Of a stretch of 64,000 nt of DNA, positions 1 through 9,229 are shown piece after piece. Location of the stretch: contig JBMNOG010000002.1 of NCBI GenBank assembly GCA_050942955.1, forward strand, positions 32,762 to 96,761, in the 5' to 3' direction. Source of the DNA: Patescibacteria group bacterium. Its GTDB lineage: Bacteria; Patescibacteriota; Microgenomatia; UBA1400; UBA1449. Both the position numbers and the translations under genes were made by a program. The notes under the pieces are model-generated. The model was not told where the DNA came from. It searched no databases and was given only the letters and a program-made list of their open reading frames with translations. Within the stretch, counting starts at the first letter, position 1; every line of letters begins with the position of its first letter.

Positions 1-1
1 T

Positions 2-1159
2 CCGGAGATGAAGATTATTGCTCCAGTAAGAGAGTGGAGTATGGGACGAGATGAAGAACTTATCTATGCTAAAAAACACGGCATTCCGGTTAAACAAACG
101 AGTAATTGCCCGTACTCTTGGGATGACAACATGTGGGGTGTAACAGGCGAATCAGGGGAGATTGAAGATCCCAAGCTGGTTCCACCCCTTGATAAAATTC
201 TGCAAGTTTGTAAACCGGTTGAGCAAGCTCTTGATAAACCAGAAACAATTGAACTGGAGTTTGTTAAAGGTCTTCCGATTGCAGTTAACGGCAAACAAAT
301 GAAGTTAACTACGCTTATCGCTGAGCTTAATCAAATAGGCGCCAGACACGGAGTAGGAGTAACAGTCCACATTGAAGACAGGATTGTTGGGTTAAAAGTA
401 AGAGGAGTCTACGAAGCACCGGCAGCAGAAATTATTATTCAAGCCCACCAGAATTTGGAAAAATTCGTTTCAACCAGGATTGAAAATGAGTTCAAAACAC
501 TGGTTGACCAGAAGTTTGCCTACCTTTGTTACGGTGCACTGTGGCATGAACCGACGATGAAACACTTACAAGCATACCTGGACTCGGTCAATGAAAAAGT
601 AAACGGCAAGGTAACGGTTAAACTCTACAAAGGCAGAGCTGATGTAATGGCCATGGAAACGCCGCAGTCTTTATTTGATGAGAAAATGGCTACCTTTATG
701 AAATCAGAGGCATTTAATCAGAATGCTGCTCCGGGTTTTATTGAACTCTGGACATTGCAAATGAAAATGGCCAAACAGGCAATCCCTCAGGTCCTCTTGT
801 CCCTAAGAGATGAGGATAAACCCAAACTCCTGCCTTCAATTAAAAAACTCTATAAAGCTAACAACACCCATTTTTTTGCAACCAAAAACACACATGACTT
901 TCTTAAAAAGAATGGGGTTGAGTCACAGTTTGTCTATAAAGTCAGTGAAGACGGTCAACCAAATATCCATACGCTCTTGCAGCAAAGACGCTTTGACTTA
1001 ATTATTAACACCCCAACCCCGGGGAAAAAGAATACAACACTTCACGATGCTGAAGTAATTAAGCAGTTTGCTATGGATAAAGGCATTAAGCTTATTACTG
1101 AAATTGATGTTGCTGAAGGCATTTTAGAAAAAATGGCAAGTGTAAAAAGGAGATCATAA
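2..1159 (+). CDS. argG: Argininosuccinate synthase (5'-truncated by window edge) fused to a C-terminal CarB-type MGS-like domain
   Basis: ArgG motifs YSWDDNMWG, EDRIVGLKVRGVYEAP and GFIELW. The last ~120 aa (LLSLRDEDK...FATKNTHDFLKKNGV...DLIINTP...GIKLIT) match the MGS-like domain. The frame is open back to the window start. Confidence 0.88.
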   Translation, partial: PEMKIIAPVREWSMGRDEELIYAKKHGIPVKQTSNCPYSWDDNMWGVTGESGEIEDPKLVPPLDKILQVCKPVEQALDKPETIELEFVKGLPIAVNGKQMKLTTLIAELNQIGARHGVGVTVHIEDRIVGLKVRGVYEAPAAEIIIQAHQNLEKFVSTRIENEFKTLVDQKFAYLCYGALWHEPTMKHLQAYLDSVNEKVNGKVTVKLYKGRADVMAMETPQSLFDEKMATFMKSEAFNQNAAPGFIELWTLQMKMAKQAIPQVLLSLRDEDKPKLLPSIKKLYKANNTHFFATKNTHDFLKKNGVESQFVYKVSEDGQPNIHTLLQQRRFDLIINTPTPGKKNTTLHDAEVIKQFAMDKGIKLITEIDVAEGILEKMASVKRRS

Positions 1160-2139
1160 TGGCTAACAGTAACAATAATTGGGATTTGAAGCAGGTTCTC
1201 TTAGAAAAAATCGGCAGTCTAGGCGGCTTTGTTAACTGCCATGCCCATTTTGATAGAGCCTATACGATTAGCCCAGAAACTTTTCCTCTAGCCAATGAGC
1301 ATCTGCATAAAAAATGGAAGTTAGTGGACAAACTTAAACGTACATCTTCCCAGGAGGAGTATGAGAGGAGAATTAGTTTTGCGGTTGAGAAAATGATTGC
1401 CCAGGGAGTCAGGATTGCCTGCAGTTTTATAGATATTGACGAAGCCGTAGGGCTTAAAGCTATTAAAGCTGCTCACAATATCAGAAAAAGATATAAAGAT
1501 AAAATCAGCCTTCTTTTTGCCAGCCAAACGTTAAAAGGAGTCCTCTTAAAAGAAGCGAGAGAGTGGTTTGAAAAGGGTTTGCCCTACATTGATATTATTG
1601 GGGGGTTGCCTAAAACGGATGCTCCTCACCAGGACAAACATATCGATATGCTTTTGCAGTATGCCAAACAAACTGGAAAAAGGGTACATATGCACGTTGA
1701 CCAGGAGAACACAGCTTCTGAGAAAGAAACTGAGCTTCTGGCAAAAAAAGCAGTTAAACACGGGTTGGAAGGCAGAGTTAACGCAGTTCATTGTATCTCC
1801 CTAGCCGCTCACCCCAAAGACTACCGCAGTAAAGTCTACAAACTCTTAACCAAAGCTGGCGTTGGCGTTGTTACCTGTCCTTTGGCGTGGCTTGCTTCCA
1901 AACGGCATGAAGAACTTACACCCACCCATAACTCTATTGCACCTGTTGAAGAAATGGTAGCAGCCGGAGTTACGGTTGGATTAGGAGTTGATAACATCGC
2001 TGATGTCTATATGCCCTTTGCCGACGGAGATATCTGGACAGAGACACGGGCACTGCTTGAAGCCTGCCGCTTTTATGATATAGATAATATAGTCGCTATT
2101 GCTTCAACAAACGGCAGAAAAATACTTGGAGTAAGCTAA
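1159..2139 (+). CDS. Cytosine-deaminase-like metal-dependent amidohydrolase
   Basis: NCHAHFD, HMHVDQ, NAVH and GLGVDN motifs; start overlaps the argG stop (TAATG). Confidence 0.8.
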   Translation: MANSNNNWDLKQVLLEKIGSLGGFVNCHAHFDRAYTISPETFPLANEHLHKKWKLVDKLKRTSSQEEYERRISFAVEKMIAQGVRIACSFIDIDEAVGLKAIKAAHNIRKRYKDKISLLFASQTLKGVLLKEAREWFEKGLPYIDIIGGLPKTDAPHQDKHIDMLLQYAKQTGKRVHMHVDQENTASEKETELLAKKAVKHGLEGRVNAVHCISLAAHPKDYRSKVYKLLTKAGVGVVTCPLAWLASKRHEELTPTHNSIAPVEEMVAAGVTVGLGVDNIADVYMPFADGDIWTETRALLEACRFYDIDNIVAIASTNGRKILGVS

Positions 2140-2140
2140 T

Positions 2141-3061
2141 ATGCTAAAAAACTCAATTGACCTTTCAACTTCAATTAAAACGCTTAAACTCAAAAACCCG
2201 ACGATCTTAGCTTCAGGCATTCTAGGCATTTACTGTGACTCCTTGCACAGAGTAGCAAAGGGCGGAGCTGGGGCAGTCACCGTTAAATCATTAACAACCG
2301 AACCACGAGCAGGACACAATAACCCTATATTAGTCGAAGTTGAAGGCGGCTTTTTAAATGCCGTTGGCTATGCTAATAAAGGGATTGATAAAGGAGTGGA
2401 AGAGTTTAGAAAGTGGAATGGAGAGATACCAATGATCGGCAGCGTTGTTGCCGGCAACCCGGAAGAGTTTGCCGCCTTAGCGCAAAAGATGTGCCAAGCA
2501 CCAATCCAAGCACTCGAACTGGCACTATCCTGTCCACATACACCCGGGTATGGGTTACTGGCAGGCCAAGGGACACCGGAAGCAACCAAGCAGATTACTA
2601 AAGCGGTCAGAAAGGTAACAAATCTTCCCTTAATCATCAAACTCTCACCGTCAGTTCCTGCAATTGGTGAAATTGTCAAAGCCGCTGAAGCAGCCGGAGC
2701 AGATGCGATTAACATGGGTAATACTCACGGCCCGGGCATGAAGATTGACATCAACCGGGCTGAGCCCATTCTGGACTTTAAGTTCGGAGGAATGAGCGGC
2801 CCGGCAATAAAGCCTATTATGATACGGTCTGTTTTTGATATCTATAAAGCTGTCAAAATACCGATTATTGCTACCGGCGGAATAACCACAGGCGAAGATA
2901 TGATTGAAGCCTTTATGGCCGGAGCCTCAGCCGTTGGTATTGGCACCGCCATTCACTATCGGGGAACTGATGTGTTTGCCAAAGTCTGTCAGGAAGCCTC
3001 TGCCTGGATGCAAAAAAACAAAGTTAAAACCATTAGTAGCCTAGTTGGTCTTGCTCACTGA
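2141..3061 (+). CDS. pyrD: Dihydroorotate dehydrogenase, family 1B catalytic subunit
   Basis: NPTILASG, KSLTTEPRAG, SCPH, IKLSP, GGMSGPAIKP and GGI motifs. Confidence 0.93.
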   Translation: MLKNSIDLSTSIKTLKLKNPTILASGILGIYCDSLHRVAKGGAGAVTVKSLTTEPRAGHNNPILVEVEGGFLNAVGYANKGIDKGVEEFRKWNGEIPMIGSVVAGNPEEFAALAQKMCQAPIQALELALSCPHTPGYGLLAGQGTPEATKQITKAVRKVTNLPLIIKLSPSVPAIGEIVKAAEAAGADAINMGNTHGPGMKIDINRAEPILDFKFGGMSGPAIKPIMIRSVFDIYKAVKIPIIATGGITTGEDMIEAFMAGASAVGIGTAIHYRGTDVFAKVCQEASAWMQKNKVKTISSLVGLAH

Positions 3062-3323
3062 CAAATCTGTTTGAAAATATGTTTTTAAATTCGCTTTTTG
3101 AAGTGGAGCTATCAAGAAATGATTTTATGAATTCTTTAACTTTTAAAGTCAAAAACTGTTTGAGTAAAAATTTCTGTAGACATGCAAAATTTTTACGAGT
3201 TTTTTTTACGGATAGGTATGAAATAGAATCATTTCCTGAAGATCACTTCATTAAGCGAGAATTTTCTTTTGTATTTTTCTTTGTTTGTACAAAGAAAAAT
3301 ACTTATTAATACAGGAAATTATT

Positions 3324-4070
3324 ATGAAAAAATCTTCTATTCAAAATACCTACCAAACCGCTGTTATCACTAAAATCGAACAGGAAACTCCTATTGTTAA
3401 AAGTTTTTACCTGGATACCAAAGTAAAAGCCAAACCCGGGCAGTATGTCATGGTCTGGATTCCGAGAGTTAATGAAAAGCCCTTTGGTGTCGCCTCAACA
3501 AATCCCTTTATGCTTTCGATCGCTAATATCGGCTCATTTACCCAAAAGGTGCATGAACTTAAAGTCGGGGATAAGCTTAGTTGGCGTGGGCCGTACGGCA
3601 CTTCATTTACACTCAAGGGCGAAAAGTTGCTCATCGTTGCCGGTGGGTACGGGGTTGTACCTCTGCACTTACTCGCTTCCCAGGTAGTTCCAGAGAAACG
3701 TAAAAATATCACCGTCATCATCGGCGCTAAAACAGCCAAGCACTTACCCTTTGTGGACAAGTTTAAGGAACTGGGTTGCAAAGTTAAAGTTGCAACAGAT
3801 GACGGTTCTAAGGGTTTTAAGGGCTTCACCACTAAACTAGCTCAAGAACTTCTTGGTAAAGAAACCTTTGACCAAGCCTATACCTGCGGTCCAAACATTA
3901 TGATGGAAACGCTAGCCCAGGTTTGCCATAAGCACGACCTCCCCTGCCAGGTAAGTTTTGAGGCCTTTTTCAAGTGTGGGGGATTAGGACTGTGTGGCGA
4001 GTGCAACTACAAAGGTCATCTCGTTTGCCAGGAAGGGCCTGTTTTTGACTCCAGTTTATTACTAAAGTAA
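3324..4070 (+). CDS. pyrK: Dihydroorotate dehydrogenase electron-transfer subunit
   Basis: PGQYVMVW, RGPYG, VAGGYG, TDDGS, CGP and CGGLGLCGEC...C (2Fe-2S) motifs; ATG 3324 chosen over TTG 3285. Confidence 0.9.
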   Translation: MKKSSIQNTYQTAVITKIEQETPIVKSFYLDTKVKAKPGQYVMVWIPRVNEKPFGVASTNPFMLSIANIGSFTQKVHELKVGDKLSWRGPYGTSFTLKGEKLLIVAGGYGVVPLHLLASQVVPEKRKNITVIIGAKTAKHLPFVDKFKELGCKVKVATDDGSKGFKGFTTKLAQELLGKETFDQAYTCGPNIMMETLAQVCHKHDLPCQVSFEAFFKCGGLGLCGECNYKGHLVCQEGPVFDSSLLLK

Positions 4071-4082
4071 AAAGGAGAGCCT

Positions 4083-4727
4083 ATGGACTACCAAAAGGCG
4101 GTTGCAAAGAGTTTACTTACTATCGGAGCAGTTGGTTTTGCTCCCCAAAACCCTATTACCTTTAAATCAGGCATTAAGTCTCCGGTCTACGTTGATAACC
4201 GTAAGTTTCCCTTTCACCCTTCAGAGTGGAAAACAGTTATCCAGGGTTTTAAGGATCTTATAAAAGAAAAAGGGTTAGAGCTTGACGTTATTGCCGGAGT
4301 TGAAGCTGCCGGTATTCCTCATAGTGCCGCTTTAGGATTTTTTATGGATAAACCCTCTGTGTTTGTCAGAAAAAAAGCCAAAGACCATGGCACAAAGAGT
4401 ATGGTCGAAGGCGGTAAGATTGAAGGTTTGAGAGTTATCCTTATCGAAGATTTAGTTACTACCGGAGGTAGTAGCCTGGCAAGTATCGAATCTCTCAGAA
4501 AAGAAGGAGCAGTTATTTCTGACTGCCTAATAATTGTTAGCTACGGCTTTAGGCAGGCAAAAGAGGCTTTTGCTAAAGCCAACGTAAATCTTCACACCCT
4601 AACCACGTTCCCAATAATCCTTGAAGAAGCACTTGCTATGGGTAAGTTTAGTAAAGAAGAAAAAGAGATTATTGAAGACTGGCTTGCCGAACCCTACGGC
4701 TGGGCGAAACGCCAGGGATTGGAGTAG
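4083..4727 (+). CDS. pyrE: Orotate phosphoribosyltransferase
   Basis: KSGIKSPVYVDNR, VRKKAKDHG and IEDLVTTGGS; SD AAGGAG upstream. Confidence 0.95.
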   Translation: MDYQKAVAKSLLTIGAVGFAPQNPITFKSGIKSPVYVDNRKFPFHPSEWKTVIQGFKDLIKEKGLELDVIAGVEAAGIPHSAALGFFMDKPSVFVRKKAKDHGTKSMVEGGKIEGLRVILIEDLVTTGGSSLASIESLRKEGAVISDCLIIVSYGFRQAKEAFAKANVNLHTLTTFPIILEEALAMGKFSKEEKEIIEDWLAEPYGWAKRQGLE

Positions 4728-4728
4728 T

Positions 4729-5532
4729 ATGGATTTTTTCACAAAACTTAACAAGCGTATCGATAAAACCAACTCTCTTCTCTGTGTCGGACTTGACAGC
4801 GATACTGAAAACTTGCCAGCAAAATTCAAGAACTTGGACTTTCCTCAGCTTGAGTTTAATAAGTTCATTATTAGTGAAACTAATCCTTATGTTTGTGCGT
4901 ATAAACCAAACACTGCTTTTTATGAAAGCAGGGGAGAGCAGGGAGTTCACGAGCTAAAGTCAACATGCGATTTTCTGTCCCAAAACTTTCCGGATATCCC
5001 GATTATTTTAGACGCAAAAAGGGGCGATATCGGCAATACCAATAAGGCTTATGCCAAGTATATTTTTGAGTATTTAAAAGTCGATGCCGTCACTCTTCAT
5101 CCATATTTAGGTAAAGAATCTTTGGAAAACTTTTTAGCATACAAAGATAAGGGATTAATAATTCTTTGTAAAACTTCAAATCCCGGAGCTGGTGAGTTCC
5201 AAGACTTGGTGTGCAATGGTAAACCGCTTTGGCAAATAGTTGCTCAAAAGGTTAGCCAGGAATGGAATACAAGCAAAAACTGTGGATTAGTAGTGGGCGC
5301 CACCTATCCGGAAGAACTCAAAGCTGTCAGAAAACTTGTCGAAGATATGACTATCCTTGTTCCGGGGATTGGTAGCCAGGGTGGAGACTTAGAAGCTGTT
5401 TTAAGAGTAGGGCTTAATTCTCAAAAAAGAGGGGCACTTATCAACGCCAGCCGAAGCATTATCTTTGCTCCAAGTCCCGCAACAGAAGCCAAAGTTTTGA
5501 GAAACATAATTAGTAATTTTATTGGAAGCTAA
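4729..5532 (+). CDS. pyrF: Orotidine-5'-phosphate decarboxylase
   Basis: LCVGLD, YKPNTAFYE, LDAKRGDIGNT, VVGAT, PGIGSQGG and NASR; ATG lies 1 nt after the pyrE stop. Confidence 0.95.
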   Translation: MDFFTKLNKRIDKTNSLLCVGLDSDTENLPAKFKNLDFPQLEFNKFIISETNPYVCAYKPNTAFYESRGEQGVHELKSTCDFLSQNFPDIPIILDAKRGDIGNTNKAYAKYIFEYLKVDAVTLHPYLGKESLENFLAYKDKGLIILCKTSNPGAGEFQDLVCNGKPLWQIVAQKVSQEWNTSKNCGLVVGATYPEELKAVRKLVEDMTILVPGIGSQGGDLEAVLRVGLNSQKRGALINASRSIIFAPSPATEAKVLRNIISNFIGS

Positions 5533-5621
5533 ACAAGTGTATAAGTAATATTCATTGAATTATGTTACAAACTCTGATAATGTATACCACTATTATTAAT
5601 AACTAAGAGTAAAAACATCTT

Positions 5622-6518
5622 ATGCAAATTTTCTCAGGCTCAACTAACCCCTCGTTAGCACGCAAAATTGCCAGAAATCTAGATGTTCCAATGGGAAAAG
5701 TTGAGCTTTCCGTTTTTCCTAACAATGAACTCCGTGTTTGGGTAAAAGAGAAAAAAGTCGATAAAGATGTTGCTGTTGTCCAATCATTTGCCGGAGATCC
5801 AAATAAGGCAATTATTGAGTTTTGCCTGTTAATTGACGCTCTAAGAAGATGTGGCGCTCATCATATTACCGCAGTTATTCCCTGGATGGGCTACTGTATT
5901 CAGGATAAAATCTTCAGACCTGGAGAAGCCTTATCCGCTAAGGTAGTTGCCAACATTATCCAATCTGTAAATCCAAACAGAATTATTACAGTCGATTTGC
6001 ATAATGAATCCATTCAAGGTTTCTTTTCAGTGCCTATTACCCACCTTTCGGCAAATCCCTTGTTTATAGATCTTATAAAGCAGAAAAAGGCAGTGGACTG
6101 CATCGTTTCTCCTGATGTGGGAGCCTTAAAAGAAACCACCAGGATCGCCTATGAACTCAACTTACCTATGGTGGTTGTTAATAAGAAACGAGACCTTAAA
6201 ACCGGAGAGGTTTCGATTATAAGTATCAGCGGCGATTGCAAAGATAAGCGAGCTCTTATTATGGATGACTTTATCTCTACCGGAGGAACACTCATTCAAA
6301 CCATCAATTTTCTCAAAAAAAATAAAGCTAAAAAAACAATAGTAGCAGCTACACACCATCTTTTTGTAGAAGGAACTCAGCAAAAACTAGCAAAGAGTTC
6401 TCTTAATGAGCTTTATATAACCGACACTGTAGATATGCCGCAATTAGACACTAAGGTTTCACTTGAAACAAACATTATCAGTGTTTCAGGCATTATTGCC
6501 GAGGCTCTCGCAGAGTAA
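5622..6518 (+). CDS. prs: Ribose-phosphate pyrophosphokinase
   Basis: IFSGS, VIPWMGY..QDK, TVDLH, VSPDVGA and DDFISTGGT. Confidence 0.92.
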   Translation: MQIFSGSTNPSLARKIARNLDVPMGKVELSVFPNNELRVWVKEKKVDKDVAVVQSFAGDPNKAIIEFCLLIDALRRCGAHHITAVIPWMGYCIQDKIFRPGEALSAKVVANIIQSVNPNRIITVDLHNESIQGFFSVPITHLSANPLFIDLIKQKKAVDCIVSPDVGALKETTRIAYELNLPMVVVNKKRDLKTGEVSIISISGDCKDKRALIMDDFISTGGTLIQTINFLKKNKAKKTIVAATHHLFVEGTQQKLAKSSLNELYITDTVDMPQLDTKVSLETNIISVSGIIAEALAE

Positions 6519-6565
6519 CTAAAAGCTGACTTTACATTAGAAATGAGTGTATGAGATAATACCTT

Positions 6566-8257
6566 ATGCATTCATTCTGTCAAAAACTTAAATCTTCAAA
6601 AACTAGATTTATCTTTGTTTCCGGCGGTGTTATTTCCGGTCTTGGTAAGGGCACAACTGCTGCATCATTAGCTGCACTTCTTGAAGGTTGTGGTCTAAAA
6701 GTCTTTCCGATAAAAGTTGACATGTACCTTAATATTGATGCTGGAACAATGAATCCCTTAGAGCATGGGGAAACATTTGTTACTGCAGACGCCTTGGAGT
6801 GCGATCAGGATATAGGAACATATGAACGTTTCTTGCACCGGGATTTAAACCGTCAAAATTATTTTACTGCCGGCCAGATTTACCAATCACTTTTAAACAA
6901 AGAAAGACAGCTTAAGTTCAACGGCGCCTGCGTAGAGGCTTTTCCCCATATACCATTAGAAATCATTGAACATATTAACCGCTTCCCTGATGATACCGAT
7001 ATTGTCATAGTAGAGTATGGCGGAACTGTTGGGGAATATCAAAATGAGGCCTTTTTTGAAGCAGCCCGAATGATGGTTGCTTGTAGCCGTCAGCATGTTT
7101 GTTTTGTCCACATCGGCTATATCCTTCAGCCACCCTCGCTCGGAGAAATGAAGTCTAAACCTCTGCAAATGTCAGTACGGATGTTAAATGAGCTGGGTAT
7201 TTTCCCAGATCTCGTCATTTGCCGCAGTGAAAATCCGATAGACAAACCAAGAATTGCAAAAATTGCCACTGCCGCTGGTCTCTCTGAAAATGAAGTTTTC
7301 TCTTGCCCTAATGTTGATTCGATTTACAAGCTCCCAAAAATATTAAAAGAACAGAATGTTCTTGAACCAATTCTCAGAAAACTACATTTAGAAACCCCAT
7401 TATGCAACATACCCAAATGGGAAAATCTTAGTACAAAACTTGCAAACTTAAAAAATAAAGTCCGCATTTCAGTTGTAGCCAAGTACTACAACAGCGGCCA
7501 GTTTAGTTTAGCAGATTCCTATATTTCAGTTCTTGAAGCCATTAAGCACGCGGCCTGGTCACTTGGTGTAGATCCGGAAATCGCCTGGTTTGACTCAGAA
7601 TCTCTGGAAAAAAACCCTAACAATCTCGAAAAACTTAAAAATTCTGATGCCGTCATTGTTCCGCAAGGCTGGGGGAGCAGGGGATCAGAAGGTAAAATCA
7701 GAGCTATTCAGTTCGCCAGAGAATCAAAAACTCCATATCTTGGACTATGCTTTGGGATGCAGATGGCAACAGTTGAGTTTGGTAGAAATGTAGTCGGTCT
7801 TGATAGAGCCAACTCCGAAGAGGCTGATGCACACACCCCTCATCCCGTAATCCATATTATGAAAGAACAAAAAGAACTTCTTAAAAAACAGCAGTATGGT
7901 GGAACAATTAGATTAGGCGCCTGGCCATGTAAGATTACAAAGGATTCTCTTATCGCTACATTGTATGCCGAAAACGGTTGGCTGCCGGAGAACTCAACAA
8001 TAGACGAAAGACACCGGCACCGCTATGAGTTTAACAATGCATACAGAGAACAGTACAAAGCTAAGGGGATGCACTTTACCGGCCTTTCACCTGACGGGAC
8101 ATTAGTTGAGGCAGTAGAGTTGGATCAAAGTTTGCATCCGTTTTTTATTGGTACACAGTTTCATCCTGAGCTCATTTCCCGCCCATTTACACCTCATCCA
8201 TTATTTATTGGACTTATTAAAGCAGCCTTAGAACACCAGAAAAAGAGAGACAATTAA
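6566..8257 (+). CDS. pyrG: CTP synthase
   Basis: GGVISGLGKG, DAGTMNPLEHGE, GLCFGMQ, ERHRHRYE and QFHPE. Confidence 0.97.
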   Translation: MHSFCQKLKSSKTRFIFVSGGVISGLGKGTTAASLAALLEGCGLKVFPIKVDMYLNIDAGTMNPLEHGETFVTADALECDQDIGTYERFLHRDLNRQNYFTAGQIYQSLLNKERQLKFNGACVEAFPHIPLEIIEHINRFPDDTDIVIVEYGGTVGEYQNEAFFEAARMMVACSRQHVCFVHIGYILQPPSLGEMKSKPLQMSVRMLNELGIFPDLVICRSENPIDKPRIAKIATAAGLSENEVFSCPNVDSIYKLPKILKEQNVLEPILRKLHLETPLCNIPKWENLSTKLANLKNKVRISVVAKYYNSGQFSLADSYISVLEAIKHAAWSLGVDPEIAWFDSESLEKNPNNLEKLKNSDAVIVPQGWGSRGSEGKIRAIQFARESKTPYLGLCFGMQMATVEFGRNVVGLDRANSEEADAHTPHPVIHIMKEQKELLKKQQYGGTIRLGAWPCKITKDSLIATLYAENGWLPENSTIDERHRHRYEFNNAYREQYKAKGMHFTGLSPDGTLVEAVELDQSLHPFFIGTQFHPELISRPFTPHPLFIGLIKAALEHQKKRDN

Positions 8258-8355
8258 GTGCAAAGCCGGAGAAGTACTTTTCCTTCTGTTAAATTTAAAG
8301 TATTGTGTTAAAATACTGGAGTTCTAACAATACGTAGAAAAGTTTTTTATTGTCT

Positions 8356-8820
8356 ATGGGTCTTTTTATTAAACATCAAAATACTGAGTTTAAAGTCGGC
8401 GATACTGTTAAGGTTTACCAACGCCTAGTTGAAGGTGAAAAGGAGCGTATCCAAACTTTTGAGGGTGTCGTCATTAAAATCCACGGCAATACTGGCGAAA
8501 AAACTTTTACTGTAAGAAAAATTTCAGGCGGCATTGGCGTTGAGAGAATTTATCCTATTGATTCACCATTTATCCAAAAAATTGAGGTTGTCAAACAAGG
8601 CCATGTACGTAGAGCTAAACTCTACTATCTTCGCGACCGCACTGGTAGATTAGCTCTGAAAGTGAAAACCAAGTATGATACCAGACAAACTCAGGAAGAA
8701 ACTGAACCAGTCGAAGAACCAAACTCAGAAACAGAACCTGAGGAAACCAGATCAGAACCAGCAAAAGAAGAAACTGGGAAGGCTGGGGGAGCAGAAAGTA
8801 AAGAAACTGCTACTAAGTAA
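8356..8820 (+). CDS. rplS: 50S ribosomal protein L19 with acidic C-terminal extension
   Basis: [25 protein letters not shown] and [10 protein letters not shown]. Confidence 0.96.
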   Translation: MGLFIKHQNTEFKVGDTVKVYQRLVEGEKERIQTFEGVVIKIHGNTGEKTFTVRKISGGIGVERIYPIDSPFIQKIEVVKQGHVRRAKLYYLRDRTGRLALKVKTKYDTRQTQEETEPVEEPNSETEPEETRSEPAKEETGKAGGAESKETATK

Positions 8821-9118
8821 TGGCTGGATATTTATCTGTCAAAACTTCCATACCCGCTTTGGGGAAATTGACTTAGTTTTTCTTGATAGTGATAAGATTT
8901 TGTCATTTATTGAAGTTAAAACTAGATCTTCAGAGAAGTTTGGGTTTCCGGAAGAAGCAGTCTCAAAGAATAAACTCAGGCACCTGCAAAAAGCGGCAGA
9001 AATATTTCTTACAAAAAATCCCCAGTACCAAAACTGCCAGCTCCGTATTGATGTTGCAGCAATTGAGCTATGCAAAGACAGAGAAATGATGCGCTACTAC
9101 AAAAACGTAACCGCTTGA
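8675..9118 (+). CDS. yraN: YraN family (UPF0102) predicted endonuclease
   Basis: [29 protein letters not shown] and RIDV; overlaps the 3' end of rplS. Confidence 0.88.
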   Translation: MIPDKLRKKLNQSKNQTQKQNLRKPDQNQQKKKLGRLGEQKVKKLLLSNGWIFICQNFHTRFGEIDLVFLDSDKILSFIEVKTRSSEKFGFPEEAVSKNKLRHLQKAAEIFLTKNPQYQNCQLRIDVAAIELCKDREMMRYYKNVTA

Positions 9119-9229
9119 ACTATTTAGAAAACTCCAAGTACTTCAAAGACTACTGCAGTGTCTGCTTTCTTCTTGAAAAAACTCAGGTACATACGTATAG
9201 TTAGGGTATCAAAAAATAATAATAAACTT

